Source of the DNA: Candidatus Eiseniibacteriota bacterium
Lineage (GTDB): Bacteria > Eisenbacteria > RBG-16-71-46
Length of the DNA: 64,000 bases
NCBI GenBank assembly: GCA_963717505.1
Contig: OY970342.1
Span: 960,001-1,024,000 of the forward strand
Direction of reading: 5' to 3'
Shown: positions 1-9,249 of the stretch, piece by piece
How the letters are laid out: every line of letters begins with the position of its first letter
Position numbering within the stretch: the first letter of the stretch is position 1
Program-made: the position numbers and the translations under genes
Notes under the pieces: generated by a model
Told to the model about the DNA's origin: nothing
Databases searched by the model: none
What the model saw: the letters and a program-made list of their open reading frames with translations, nothing else

Positions 1-1029
1 GGCTTCGGACCCTCGTTCGAATTCCGGGACGGGAACATCGACCGCTCGGTCGCCTACACGCTGCAGAGCACGCTGGTCTGGCGGTTCAATACGCTCCAGT
101 CCGCCGCATTGCGCTACGAATTCACCTACCGGCAAGTCGACGAATCGCGCTCCGTCGAGCTGACTTCCGACACGCGATCGCCGCAGACGCTGCGCGCCAT
201 CGGGGGCCAAGCGCTGCTCGATTCCCTGAGCCAACCGGTGCTCAGCAGCTTGTTCAGTTTGTCCACCAGCCTGGGCGGTCTCGACGATATCGCGCGCCCA
301 CAGCGCGGCCTGGTGCTCAAACCGTACCTGTCCATCACCGCGCCTTCGCCCTGGGGCTCGATCGAGTTCGGCCGGGTGGACCTGCAGGCCACGACCTTCG
401 TGCCAATGCCTGGTCGTTCGAATGCGGTCATGTTGCGCGGCAACTTCGGCGGACTGTGGCCGTTCGGCAAGAGCATTCCGGACCCGGGTGAGTTGCCGAT
501 CATCGAGCTGTCACGCATGCGCGACTACGTTCTGACCGCGGGTGGCGCCAACGACGTTCGAGGCTACGCCACCCGCATGCTCGGGCCCAAGATTCCCCGG
601 GTCGAAGCTACTTTGTCGGGCGCGGACACGGTCCTGGTTGCGGACGAATACGTCGAATTCGGTGGGCTGCGCCGTTGGACCGGGACCGTCGAATTCCGCA
701 TTGGGATGCCGTGGATCTCGCGCGACGTCTTCGCGCACCTGTTCGGCGACGCCGGGCGCGTCTGGACCTCCGACCCGCGATTCCTGCCGACCAACACCAT
801 CAGCGACGAGCAGCGTGTGTTCTATGCGACCGGCGGCGGGATCGGCTACTACACCCCGGTCGGCGCCATTCGCTTCGACGTCGGCTACAAGCTGAACCCG
901 TCGCTGCTGGACGAGCGCGATCCGCAGGACGTGCTGAACGCCTTGATCGCCGGTCAGCCGCCGTCGGCCGCCCGCGTCGATCCCTGGCGACGCTACGCCT
1001 TTCACTTCGCGCTGGGGCTGTTCTTCTAG
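1..1029 (+). CDS. Omp85 (BamA/TamA) family outer-membrane beta-barrel protein, 5'-truncated by the window edge
   Basis: Frame is open from base 1. Has the GGANDVRGY loop-6 motif, YYTPVGAIRFDVGY, and a C-terminal Phe. Confidence 0.85.
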   Translation, partial: GFGPSFEFRDGNIDRSVAYTLQSTLVWRFNTLQSAALRYEFTYRQVDESRSVELTSDTRSPQTLRAIGGQALLDSLSQPVLSSLFSLSTSLGGLDDIARPQRGLVLKPYLSITAPSPWGSIEFGRVDLQATTFVPMPGRSNAVMLRGNFGGLWPFGKSIPDPGELPIIELSRMRDYVLTAGGANDVRGYATRMLGPKIPRVEATLSGADTVLVADEYVEFGGLRRWTGTVEFRIGMPWISRDVFAHLFGDAGRVWTSDPRFLPTNTISDEQRVFYATGGGIGYYTPVGAIRFDVGYKLNPSLLDERDPQDVLNALIAGQPPSAARVDPWRRYAFHFALGLFF

Positions 1030-1049
1030 CGCGCCCCAGGCCGCGGCGG

Positions 1050-3233
1050 CTAGAACCGGGCGCCGAGCTGGAAGTCGAATCGGCGATGCCCGGCCGAGCT
1101 CGCACCCCACTCCACACGCAAAGGACCGGTCGGCAGGTCGATCTCGGCGCCCAGACCGATTCCGCCCACCGGATCCGGCCCCAGGTCGGCTCCGCTCACC
1201 GCGTCGTTGACCCGGCCCGACTGAATCCCGAGATAGGCGCGCGCCTGGCGGCCGGCTTCCACGGCCAGCTCGAGCGAGATTGCTCCGGCCGTGCGGCCCA
1301 ACCACTCGTCGTGGCGCAGACCGGAGAGCGAGCGCGGTCCACCGAGGCCGACCAGCGCGTCGGGCGGCACGTTGCCCTCGACGGCGCCGTAGCGTGCGCC
1401 CGGAGTCAGTGCCAGGAAGCGGTAGCGAAGGTCGAAGTCGAACACGGCCAGCATGCGCGAGTAGCCGTCGTCTCCCATCGCCCACTCCACGTCCAGGGTC
1501 CGCTCGCCTCCACCCAGCGACTGCGTGCGCAGCGCCATCATCAACCCACTCCACCCCGGGCTGGGTCGCGCGATGTCGGCCACGCCCACGCCCCCCTGGA
1601 ACACCTGCCGGGTCGCGAGCCCGACCTGGCCGCCGCCGAACAACTCGAAGCGGTTGGTCCGCAACGTGCGCACCGGCTCGCGTCCTTCGAACACGCGCGT
1701 GCGCATTTCGTGATAGCGACCGCGCACGAACCACCCATGGTTCCCCTGGTCGAGCGCGTAGGGCTCGAGGCTGCCGTGCAGGTTCCATCCGAGCGGGCGG
1801 AGTCCCCAACCGACCTTGCCCAGCGAAGGCCATGGGCCACGCAACGGACGAATCGTCGTACCGACGTGCACGCTGGCGCCCTCGTCGTTGTTGATGTCGA
1901 AGGCAGGGCCGACGGCGACCACCGGCCGCTCGCGCACCTCGAACGACAACACGGTCGAGTCGCCGCGATTGGTGAGTGTCGGCCACGCGCTTTCGAACAG
2001 GCCGCTGCGCGCCAGCCGGCGCAGCGCCGGCTTGAGATCCGAAGCCAGGAATGGCCCCTCCGGCAGACGGCCGAGAACGGCGTGCGCGACCGCGCCGCGC
2101 CGCACTTCGCCACGGCCGTGCCACTCGACGCCGGCCGACAGGGGCGGCAGGATCGGCGCCGGCGGCACCAGCGGCGTCGTCGCACGCGGGAGACCGGAGC
2201 GTCGCGCCCACGAGCGCACCGGCTCAACCGCCTCGCGATAGCCCTCCTCCATGATGCTCGCGCCGGCCGAGAAGTCCGACGCTCCCGAATTGGGGATGCG
2301 CAGCCAGATCAGGGTGTCGCCGGCGGCGGTCGATATGGTGTCGTTCTGTCCGCGCTTGTTGAGGATGTCCCACAATTGGAGAAACACGGTGACGCCCGAC
2401 GACGATTCGTTGAGTTCCGGGTAGGGCAACGCCACGTCGACGGCCAGCACCCGCTCGGCGCCGGCGGCACGCGCGGGACTGATCGGCAGGTTGCTCGACA
2501 TACCACCGTCGACCAGCAGGGCCTCGCCCTCGGCGACCGGCGGGAACACGAGCGGCAGGCCGGAAGTGATGCGACACGCGCGCGCCAGGCTGCCGTGATC
2601 GAGCATGTACCAGCGGCCGGTACGCACGTCGGTGCCGATGGTGCGGAACGGAATCGGCAGGCGGTCGAAGTCGCCCTGGGCCGCGGCGTCGGCGTTCAGG
2701 AACAGTTCGGTCAGCACCTGGTTGATGACCGTGTTGTCCACCAGTGATGCCGGAATCTGGAGTCCGTTGCCGCTGCCCGCGACCAGCTCGAACCACGGTC
2801 GCGGCCACACGCTGCGCCACTGATAGGCGTTGGGTACCCCGCCGAAGATCAAATCCCACGGGATCACCTTGAGGATCTTGCGCAAGCTGTCGGGCGAATA
2901 GCCGGCGCAATACATGGCGCCGACCAGGCCACCCATGCTCGAACCAACGACCAGGTCCGGCCGCACGCCCTCCTCTTCGAGAGCCTGGATGACGCCGCCG
3001 TGCGCGAACCCGCGCGCGATGCCGCCCGAGAGCACCAGCGCCCAGCGTGGAGTGCGCGCGATCGTGGATCCGGAATCCGCAGGTGAGACGGCGGTGTCGG
3101 GAACGGCAGTGGCGGAGGAGTCGGGTAACACGGCCGCGCTGTCAGGTTCCGCAGCCGACCCGAAAGTGGCGACACCCAACAGCGCGGCCAGCACTGCGGG
3201 GGCGAGCCCGCAGCAGAGAGTCCTGAGGCGCAT
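1050..3233 (-). CDS. Patatin-like phospholipase with POTRA-like region and C-terminal beta-barrel (PlpD/type Vd-like)
   Basis: Signal peptide; LSGGIARG, GSSMG nucleophile elbow and DGG motif; ends PTGPLRVEWG...FQLGARF. Start set at MRLRTL. Confidence 0.85.
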   Translation of the reverse strand: MRLRTLCCGLAPAVLAALLGVATFGSAAEPDSAAVLPDSSATAVPDTAVSPADSGSTIARTPRWALVLSGGIARGFAHGGVIQALEEEGVRPDLVVGSSMGGLVGAMYCAGYSPDSLRKILKVIPWDLIFGGVPNAYQWRSVWPRPWFELVAGSGNGLQIPASLVDNTVINQVLTELFLNADAAAQGDFDRLPIPFRTIGTDVRTGRWYMLDHGSLARACRITSGLPLVFPPVAEGEALLVDGGMSSNLPISPARAAGAERVLAVDVALPYPELNESSSGVTVFLQLWDILNKRGQNDTISTAAGDTLIWLRIPNSGASDFSAGASIMEEGYREAVEPVRSWARRSGLPRATTPLVPPAPILPPLSAGVEWHGRGEVRRGAVAHAVLGRLPEGPFLASDLKPALRRLARSGLFESAWPTLTNRGDSTVLSFEVRERPVVAVGPAFDINNDEGASVHVGTTIRPLRGPWPSLGKVGWGLRPLGWNLHGSLEPYALDQGNHGWFVRGRYHEMRTRVFEGREPVRTLRTNRFELFGGGQVGLATRQVFQGGVGVADIARPSPGWSGLMMALRTQSLGGGERTLDVEWAMGDDGYSRMLAVFDFDLRYRFLALTPGARYGAVEGNVPPDALVGLGGPRSLSGLRHDEWLGRTAGAISLELAVEAGRQARAYLGIQSGRVNDAVSGADLGPDPVGGIGLGAEIDLPTGPLRVEWGASSAGHRRFDFQLGARF

Positions 3234-3393
3234 CGAACCAGGTCCGTTCAGTAGGGGTCGGGAGCGATCGAAGCCCGACACGCTAGCACGCCAACACGAA
3301 ATCGCCAGTCGTGAGTCGAGCCTTGACTCGCGCGCAGCGAGAGCGGAACATGACGCGTTCGCGCAGTCGCCGCCTCACTTCGGCCGAGCCACG

Positions 3394-4365
3394 ATGACGC
3401 ATTCGCTTCGATTCCTCGCTGCCATCCTGCTCCTCGGACTCTCCGGCTGCTCGCAGGCAGGGTTCGTCCCCGAGTCGTCGCCCATGCCGGCGGCGCGTGC
3501 CGGGCTCGAGCCTGAGTACCGCATCTTCTACGACTCGCTGATCGATCACGGCGATTGGATCCTGATCGAGCCGCTCGGCTTCGTGTTCCGCCCGCGCGTC
3601 AATTTCGTCGCCTGGCAGCCGTACGACGACGGCTTCTGGGTGCCGACCGATCTCTACGGCTGGGTCTGGGTGTCGTCGGAGCCATTCGGGTGGGCGACGT
3701 ACCACTACGGTCGCTGGTTCTACGACGACTACCGCGGCTGGGTCTGGGTTCCGGGTCTCGACTGGGGACCGGCGTGGGTGAACTGGTACGCGGTCGATTC
3801 CTACGTCGGCTGGTCGCCGCGACTGGCGGCGGGATCGAGCCCTCTGCCTGAGGCCGCGTGGTCGTTCGTCACCGTCGATCGACTGGCCGCGCCCAACGTC
3901 GGCGAATTGCGGGTCGAGCGCGAACAACTCGGCCCCGCGGCGGCACGCCTGCAGCGCATCGACACCCAAGTCGAAGTGAACGGCGTCGTCGTTCCGGCCG
4001 GGCCGCGCTTCCAGGACGTCGAGCGCGTCGCCGGACCTTTGACTCGCGTCAAGATCCAGGACCTGGTGGCGCCCGGTGCTGTCGGGGCGCCGCGCGAGGG
4101 GTCCGGCGCTGGTAAGAAGGCCGAACGCGAGAACGCGAAGGACGCGGAGACTGCCTCGCCGAATCCGGAACTGCGCCGGGCCGGCGAGCAGGCGGCACGC
4201 GAGGCGCAGTCGATGATCAGTCGCAAGCAAGTCGGCTCGGTGGTTCCAGTGGTGCGGCCGATCGGCGTGCCCGACGCCCGGCCGCCCGCGAAGACGAGCG
4301 CCGGAAAGAAAGGTCCGCCGCCGCCCAAGACCCGCTCCAGCGCGCCACCGGACTCGGCCCGCTGA
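3394..4365 (+). CDS. DUF6600-like Trp/Tyr-rich lipoprotein
   Basis: Lipobox LSGC; WQPY..GFW..GWVWVSSEPFGWATYHYGRW..GWVWVPG..WGPAWV pattern; Pro/Lys-rich tail. Confidence 0.7.
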   Translation: MTHSLRFLAAILLLGLSGCSQAGFVPESSPMPAARAGLEPEYRIFYDSLIDHGDWILIEPLGFVFRPRVNFVAWQPYDDGFWVPTDLYGWVWVSSEPFGWATYHYGRWFYDDYRGWVWVPGLDWGPAWVNWYAVDSYVGWSPRLAAGSSPLPEAAWSFVTVDRLAAPNVGELRVEREQLGPAAARLQRIDTQVEVNGVVVPAGPRFQDVERVAGPLTRVKIQDLVAPGAVGAPREGSGAGKKAERENAKDAETASPNPELRRAGEQAAREAQSMISRKQVGSVVPVVRPIGVPDARPPAKTSAGKKGPPPPKTRSSAPPDSAR

Positions 4366-4388
4366 GCGCGCTCCACACCGTTCCGCTC

Positions 4389-5546
4389 GTGACGCCGGAT
4401 CGCGCACCCGCCGAGCGCATACGCGCTCATGCGCTCGAGCTGGGCTTCGACGACGTCGGCATCGCTCGCGCCGAACCCACTCGCCACGCCGGCCACTACC
4501 CCGACTGGATCGCGGCCGGACGGCACGGCGACATGGTCTGGATGGCGAGCGATCGGCATCGCGAACGGCGCGCCGAACCTGCACGCCTCCTGCCTGGATT
4601 GCGTTCGATCGTGTGCGTGGCGCTGTGCTACGAGCCGACACTCGACGAGACACGCGCGCAGCGCCTCGGACGCATCGCTCGCTACGCGGGTGGCGAGGAC
4701 TACCATCGCGTGATGCGCGACCGCCTCGGGGCGCTCGAGTCCTTCATTCACGACCTGCTGCCGGGGGTGCGCACGCTCGGCTACTCCGACACCGGCGCGC
4801 TGCTCGAGCGCGGGCACGCCGAGGCCGCCGGGCTTGGCTGGATCGGCAAGCATTCGGGGCTCCTGTCGCGCCGCCTCGGCTCGTGGTTCCTGCTGGGCGA
4901 GCTTCTGGTCGACCACGAGCTGGAACCGGACACCCCTATCGAGCGCGAGCACTGCGGAACCTGCCGGCGTTGCATCGATGTCTGTCCGACCGGCGCGATC
5001 GTCGCCCCGTATCAGGTGGACGCGCGGCTGTGCATCTCGTACCTGACCATCGAGCTGCGTGGTCCCATTCCGCGTGAATTGCGTCCGAGAATCGGCGATT
5101 GGATCTTCGGCTGCGACCTGTGCCAGGACGTCTGCCCGTGGAACCGATTCGCTCCGGCGGCGCGCGAGGCCCGGCTGCATGCGCGCACGCTCGAAGGCTG
5201 GTCGCTCGAGCGCTTCCTCGAGCTCGACGACGACGGCTTCGCCCGGCTGTTCGCGACCAGCCCGATCCGCCGCGCGCGGCGCGCGGGGTTCCAGCGCAAC
5301 GTGTGCGTGGCCCTCGGCAACCGCCGCGACCCAGGAGCGATTCCCGCCCTGATGCGCGCGACGGCCGACGGTTCGTCGCTGGTCCGCGGCCATGCCACCT
5401 GGGCACTCGGCGAAATCGCCCGTCAGCACGCCGACCGCCGAGTCGAAGTCCGCGTCGCGCTGGACCGCCTCGCGGCGAACGATCCGGATCCCTTCGTGGT
5501 CGAGGAAGCTGCGATCGCAGTCTCTGCGCTCGCGGAACTCTCGTGA
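4389..5546 (+). CDS. queG: tRNA epoxyqueuosine(34) reductase
   Basis: IARYA..DYH, DTG.LLER, GLGWIGK, CGTCRRCIDVCPT, CISYLTIE, FGCDLCQDVCPWN; HEAT-like tail. Confidence 0.95.
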   Translation: MTPDRAPAERIRAHALELGFDDVGIARAEPTRHAGHYPDWIAAGRHGDMVWMASDRHRERRAEPARLLPGLRSIVCVALCYEPTLDETRAQRLGRIARYAGGEDYHRVMRDRLGALESFIHDLLPGVRTLGYSDTGALLERGHAEAAGLGWIGKHSGLLSRRLGSWFLLGELLVDHELEPDTPIEREHCGTCRRCIDVCPTGAIVAPYQVDARLCISYLTIELRGPIPRELRPRIGDWIFGCDLCQDVCPWNRFAPAAREARLHARTLEGWSLERFLELDDDGFARLFATSPIRRARRAGFQRNVCVALGNRRDPGAIPALMRATADGSSLVRGHATWALGEIARQHADRRVEVRVALDRLAANDPDPFVVEEAAIAVSALAELS

Positions 5547-7909
5547 ACCTGATTCTCTGGGTGCACTCGGCGCTGGCGATCGTCCTGCTCGCCGGCGCCC
5601 GCCCCGACCCGCACGACACCGAGCACATCACCAATGGCTCGTTCGACCGCGGCATTTACGGCTGGGCCGACTTCGTCAGCGACCGGCCCGCCAATCGCCT
5701 GGTGGTCGAGGGGCCGGCGGACGACCGCCGCAATCCGGGGGCACACATCGCGATTCGCTCGGTGAGCGGCAGGCCACCGAAGTGGCACACCAACCTCGTT
5801 CAAGCGAATCAAGCGCTGCAGAAACTGAAGCCGCGTTCGACCTACGTGCTGCGCTTCCGCGCCCGCGCATCGTCGCCCCGCCGGTTGCAGGTGGCCCTCG
5901 CCCAGACGTTCAAACCGCACCGCAATCTCGGGCTCGACGCCGAGGTGCTGCTCGATTCCGAGCTCCGCGCCTACGACGTCCAATTTCGGACCGACTCGAT
6001 CATTCCGGCTCCAGGGCCGACCTCGTCCGGAGCGTGGCTGTCGTTCTTCGCCGACACCCTGCCCGGTGAGACCTGGATCGACGATGTGAGCCTGCGTCTG
6101 GCCTCGCCGGCCGTGGGCCTGAACGCGGGACGGACCGAGCAGCTCGCAACGTTCGAGCGCAATGAGGGCTGGCAGGCCAACCATCCGTTGCGACCGGTGA
6201 CGCTCGCCGACGGCGAGTCCGGGCTCGAAGTCCTGGTGGCCGCGAACGGACTGGCGTTCGTGAGTCGCGAGCGCTCGCTGCGGCTGCCGGACACCGCCTG
6301 GGACCTCGAGCTGCGCGTTCACTGCGAGGCGCCGGAGACGATCGGTCGCATCTCGGTCATGGCTCGTTCGGGCGAGGATCGCGGTCTCGATGACACCATC
6401 GTCTCGACCAGCGGGCTCCAGCGTGGCTGGAACACGCTGCGTTTCCCGCGCGAGCGATTCTATCGCCACTGGTTCAGCGGATTTCGCTGGGATCAGGTGC
6501 GAACTCTGGCCGTGCGCATCGAGGCGAACGCCAACGGCCCGGCGCGCATCGTCCTGGGCGAAGTGCGGGTCGTCCCGCGTCCCGCCGGCGCCCTGCCGCC
6601 GGTTCTGCGCTTCGTCGGTGTCGAAAGAGTGACGCCCCGGTGGGCGTTCGTCGTGTGCGAGACCGACGTCCCGGTCGCCGCCGAAGTCCACTTCGGGCCT
6701 GGCGTCGCCTACGGGCGTACGGTCGCCGCCCGCGCCAAGGCGCGACGCCATCGATTGCGTCTCGATGACCTCGAGCCCGGCACCCTCCAGCACGTTCGCG
6801 TCTTCGTGGACGGCGGCGTTTCGAGCGGCGATCTCGCGTTCCTGACGCCTCCCGACCGTCCGCCATTGCCGGCGCCCGAGCAGGACCCGAAGTTCGACGT
6901 CGGGCTCTACGGCGCCAATCAACTCGACGATCTGCGCCGCGCGGCCGGCTCGGCGTTCGACTGCTTCCAGAGCTACCAGCTGGCGAGCCCGGCCCACAAC
7001 ACCACCGCGGACGTAGTTCGCTACGTAGCGACCGCCGAATCCCTGGGCACGCGCGTGATCGTCGGCTTCGAAGTCGCCCGGATCAACGAGGGCGATCTGG
7101 ATTACGTGCGCGAGCGCGTCCGAACGCTGAAGGACCGGCCCGGTGTCCGTGGCTGGTACCTCTACGACGAGCCCGAGATGCATTCGGTCGAACCCGCGAC
7201 GCTCAAGGCCTGCTATCGGGAGATCAAGCAGGTGGACCCGCAGCACCCCGTATACATCGCCACCAGCTGGCTGGACGCCGACTACCCGCACCGCGGCGCG
7301 TTCGACGTCGCGATTCTCGACAAATTTCCGATTCCCTACGCCGGACCCGATGCGATCCTGCCTTCGCTCGAACAGGCACGGCGATCGGGCGAGTGGTTCC
7401 AGTTCGTATTCCAGGCGTACTCGGTGGACCTCGACCATCGCTGGCCGGCTACCGGGGCCGGCCCCGGGCGCTTCCCAACCCGCGACGAGATGCGGGTGAT
7501 GGCCTACTTGGCGATCAATCGCGGCGCCGCCGGCCTGTGGGCATTTTCCTATGACTACCTGCACTTCACGTCGGGGGCCGATTGGAAGTGGGTCGAGCTG
7601 ACCGACATCGCCCGCGAGCTGCGAGCCCTGGCGCCGGTGCTCGCGTCGCGCGACCGCCCGCGGCGGAAATCGTCGAACCCACCGCGCGAGTTGGACGTCG
7701 CGCTCAAGTCGTACCGCGGCGAGGACTACGTGATCACGGTCAACAAGAGCGCGTCACCCGTTTCGGCGACCGTGGCGCTTCCGGGCGCAGCCCTGACGTC
7801 GGTCGAGCGGGTGGATCAGGCGCCCGACGCCGGAACCGCGCGGGTCGACGCCGGCGGCATTGCCGATCAGTGGCAGCCGCGCGCCGTGCACGTGTACCGG
7901 GTGCGCTAG
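5543..7909 (+). CDS. Secreted modular protein: CBM4/9-like, Fn3-like and putative glycoside hydrolase barrel
   Basis: GTG overlaps queG stop (GTGA); signal peptide; ITNGSFD...WIDDVSL; L.DLEPGT; GWYLYDEP. Confidence 0.6.
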   Translation: MNLILWVHSALAIVLLAGARPDPHDTEHITNGSFDRGIYGWADFVSDRPANRLVVEGPADDRRNPGAHIAIRSVSGRPPKWHTNLVQANQALQKLKPRSTYVLRFRARASSPRRLQVALAQTFKPHRNLGLDAEVLLDSELRAYDVQFRTDSIIPAPGPTSSGAWLSFFADTLPGETWIDDVSLRLASPAVGLNAGRTEQLATFERNEGWQANHPLRPVTLADGESGLEVLVAANGLAFVSRERSLRLPDTAWDLELRVHCEAPETIGRISVMARSGEDRGLDDTIVSTSGLQRGWNTLRFPRERFYRHWFSGFRWDQVRTLAVRIEANANGPARIVLGEVRVVPRPAGALPPVLRFVGVERVTPRWAFVVCETDVPVAAEVHFGPGVAYGRTVAARAKARRHRLRLDDLEPGTLQHVRVFVDGGVSSGDLAFLTPPDRPPLPAPEQDPKFDVGLYGANQLDDLRRAAGSAFDCFQSYQLASPAHNTTADVVRYVATAESLGTRVIVGFEVARINEGDLDYVRERVRTLKDRPGVRGWYLYDEPEMHSVEPATLKACYREIKQVDPQHPVYIATSWLDADYPHRGAFDVAILDKFPIPYAGPDAILPSLEQARRSGEWFQFVFQAYSVDLDHRWPATGAGPGRFPTRDEMRVMAYLAINRGAAGLWAFSYDYLHFTSGADWKWVELTDIARELRALAPVLASRDRPRRKSSNPPRELDVALKSYRGEDYVITVNKSASPVSATVALPGAALTSVERVDQAPDAGTARVDAGGIADQWQPRAVHVYRVR

Positions 7910-8328
7910 CTCTTGAGCGGCGTCCCCGTCACCCACTCCGAGTCACCCTCGCCAAAGTGCTCGCGCTTCCAGATCGGCGCGCGGGTTTTGACCTCATCCA
8001 TCGCACGCCGGCAGGCGTCGAACGCCGCGGCCCGATGGTGCGCCGCGACCACCACCGCGACACTGGCTTCGCCGGCCGGCACCTCGCCCAGCCGATGGAC
8101 GATGCGGCACGAGGCGATGGCGAACTGCTCGAGGGTCTCGCGTTCGATCGTGCTCAGCACTTCGAGCCCCATCGGCTCGTAGGCTTCGTACGACAAGCGA
8201 AGCACCGTGCGCCCGTCGTGGTGGTTGCGGGTGGTGCCGAGGAACAGGTCGATCGCGCCGCAGTCGGGTCGTGCCGCCTCGCGCAGCAGACGGGCGGCAT
8301 CGATCGCCACGTGAGTGAACTCAGCCAC
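7906..8328 (-). CDS. moaE: Molybdopterin synthase catalytic subunit
   Basis: F.GTTRN, LSYEAYEPM, HRLG, HRAAAFDAC, APIWKRE motifs. Confidence 0.93.
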   Translation of the reverse strand: MAEFTHVAIDAARLLREAARPDCGAIDLFLGTTRNHHDGRTVLRLSYEAYEPMGLEVLSTIERETLEQFAIASCRIVHRLGEVPAGEASVAVVVAAHHRAAAFDACRRAMDEVKTRAPIWKREHFGEGDSEWVTGTPLKS

Positions 8329-8965
8329 CTTTGCTCCGCCGCTTCGATGCGGGTTTCAGCTCGCGGCGCATGATGCGCCGGCTGGGCGAGGGCCGTGCGA
8401 CCTCTTCGAAACCCGCGGCTGCGAACGACGCGGGCACGCCGAACCAGGCGAACGCGTCGGGGCTGTTGCGCGACTTGGTTACGTAGGGGTAGCCCTCGAG
8501 CAGGGTCGCACCGTGATCGCGCGCGTATTTCGCCGCCGCTTCCAGCAACCGTGACGTCAGTCCCTTCCGCCGCCACTCCTTCGCAATGAAGAAGCAGACC
8601 ACCGACCAGACGGGCAGGTCGTCGATCGGCTGGAGCAGACGCGAGTGCAGGATGCGTGGATAGGTCTCGCGCGGCGCGAGCGCACACCATCCAACGGCTT
8701 CACCTCCGGCGTACGCGAGAATCCCGGGTTCCTCGCCCGCCTTCACGATTCGTTGGATGGCACGACGGTTCCCATCGCCGGAACCGGCCTGGTATTCGGC
8801 GCCACGCAGTCGCGGGTACATGCACCAGCACCCGGCGCAGCCACCGCGCGGCCCGAACAGCTGGACGAAGTCCGGCCAGCGCTCGGGCGTCAGCGGGTGG
8901 AAGGAGAGCGCGGGAGGGCGCGATCGCGTGCGCACCGACCGTCGGGCTCGAGGCGCCGCGCTCAT
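8321..8965 (-). CDS. GNAT-family N-acetyltransferase with GCxGCWC motif
   Basis: VGWC.LAP, VVCFFI..WRRKG, LEGYP motifs; ATG overlaps moaD stop. Confidence 0.85.
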   Translation of the reverse strand: MSAAPRARRSVRTRSRPPALSFHPLTPERWPDFVQLFGPRGGCAGCWCMYPRLRGAEYQAGSGDGNRRAIQRIVKAGEEPGILAYAGGEAVGWCALAPRETYPRILHSRLLQPIDDLPVWSVVCFFIAKEWRRKGLTSRLLEAAAKYARDHGATLLEGYPYVTKSRNSPDAFAWFGVPASFAAAGFEEVARPSPSRRIMRRELKPASKRRSKGG

Positions 8966-9207
8966 CCGCCGCTCACCGGCGGCAACAACGCCACCTCGGC
9001 GCCGTCTTTCAGGAGCGCCGACTCCATGGACAACTGCCCGTCGACTGCGATCGCGAGGTGCGCCCACAGGGGCTCGAGCGCCGGATGGTCGGCGCGCACG
9101 CGTTGCACCAGGTCGGCCACGCGGCTGCCCTCCGGCAGCTCGATCAGCCGCTCGGCGTGACCCGCGCGGTCGCGCGCCTGGGCGAAGAACAGAATTCGAA
9201 CCTTCAT
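8962..9207 (-). CDS. moaD: Molybdopterin synthase sulfur carrier subunit
   Basis: 81 aa, MKVRILFFA...VALLPPVSGG with C-terminal GG. Confidence 0.93.
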   Translation of the reverse strand: MKVRILFFAQARDRAGHAERLIELPEGSRVADLVQRVRADHPALEPLWAHLAIAVDGQLSMESALLKDGAEVALLPPVSGG

Positions 9208-9249
9208 TGGGTTGGACGCTCCCCAAAAGTGTGCCGTATGCTTGCGGCA

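Noticed and set aside
1024-1055. Inverted repeat TTCTAGC...GCTAGAA between convergent genes
   Set aside because: Explained by both outer-membrane proteins ending in Phe-stop (TTC TAG).
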